A stretch of 64,000 nt of DNA. It comes from Entomortierella parvispora E1425. Taxonomy: Eukaryota; Fungi; Mortierellomycota. This document shows, piece by piece, positions 63,601 through 64,000 of the stretch. Under the pieces are notes generated by a model that saw only the letters and a program-made list of their open reading frames with translations, was not told the origin of the DNA and did not search any database. Each line of letters starts with the position of its first letter. The stretch's first letter is position 1. The DNA lies in assembly GCA_020891255.1 (NCBI GenBank), contig BQFW01000004.1:1364001-1428000 (forward strand). The letters run 5' to 3'. A program made the position numbers and the translations under genes.

Positions 63601-64000
63601 CCCCAAACAGTGGAGAGCCAACAGAGCAGTTTTGTTACACCCCCATTAACTCTCTCATGCCAGTGAGCACTTGTTCATTTAATATCCCGTTGTGCGAGCG
63701 CACTGACAAGATCCGATCTGTCAATTCAGACTTTGGCTGTCGGGTACCCTCTCTAGAACTCCAACCACGCCTTCAGATGAGATGCTCCACTTACCCGAGT
63801 CTAACACAAACAGATCGCTCTTGGGGGTTCCGCGGTGAGTACCCCCAAAGACAAAGATATCGGTCCCGGTCAGCGTGATGGAACTTGAGTGCTGAAACCG
63901 CGGAAAGGGGTTCGATCCGACGATGGAACGCCGCGTCCAAAACAGTCGAGGAGTGGGGAGGGTAGCAGAGGTAGCAACAGCACTTGTCGTCATCGGTGGC
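57607..64000 (-). CDS. Kel1/Tea1-like cell-polarity protein (N-terminal kelch repeats, Pro/Ser-rich linker, long coiled coil); 5' part beyond the window
   Basis: Kelch repeats PFPRFQHS...IFVFGG, PAPRHSHA...MYIFGG, PPARSGH...IYVFGG, PSPRSGH...IFVLGG, followed by large coiled-coil exons 60503-62167 and 57607-60492. Confidence 0.88.

Overview
Gene-dense (~50% GC), intron-rich fungal nuclear DNA. Gene content (F-box/LRR family, HxDLH-type TKL kinase, multi-intron FAD monooxygenase, GSIII) points to an early-diverging fungus, most likely Mortierellaceae (inference). I could reconstruct about 25 intact protein-coding genes by manual splicing; two are truncated by the window edges. In order: polyQ protein (partial), TKL kinase-ankyrin protein, pirin, F-box/LRR, FAD monooxygenase, GT15 mannosyltransferase-like, TLC protein, NAD-binding epimerase-like, SelO, hypothetical, bL27m, type III glutamine synthetase, CENP-I, BtuF-like binding protein, ORC4, COX16, DBP8, TVP15-like, aspartic protease, two hypotheticals, ATP12, MZM1, SWD2, Kel1/Tea1-like kelch protein (partial). 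There are also a decayed F-box gene and a ~3 kb relic zone (54.5-57.5 kb). The relic zone holds an inverted pseudogenized copy of the pirin gene, a frameshifted XPG/FEN1-like PIN nuclease fragment and a further intron-bearing remnant. The most notable items are the PIN relic (possibly mobile-element derived), the signal-less intron-containing BtuF-like protein, the bacterial-type GSIII and the RIPK4-like kinase-ankyrin architecture. No rRNA, tRNA or CRISPR array was recognised. All calls come from reading the sequence; no database searches were run.
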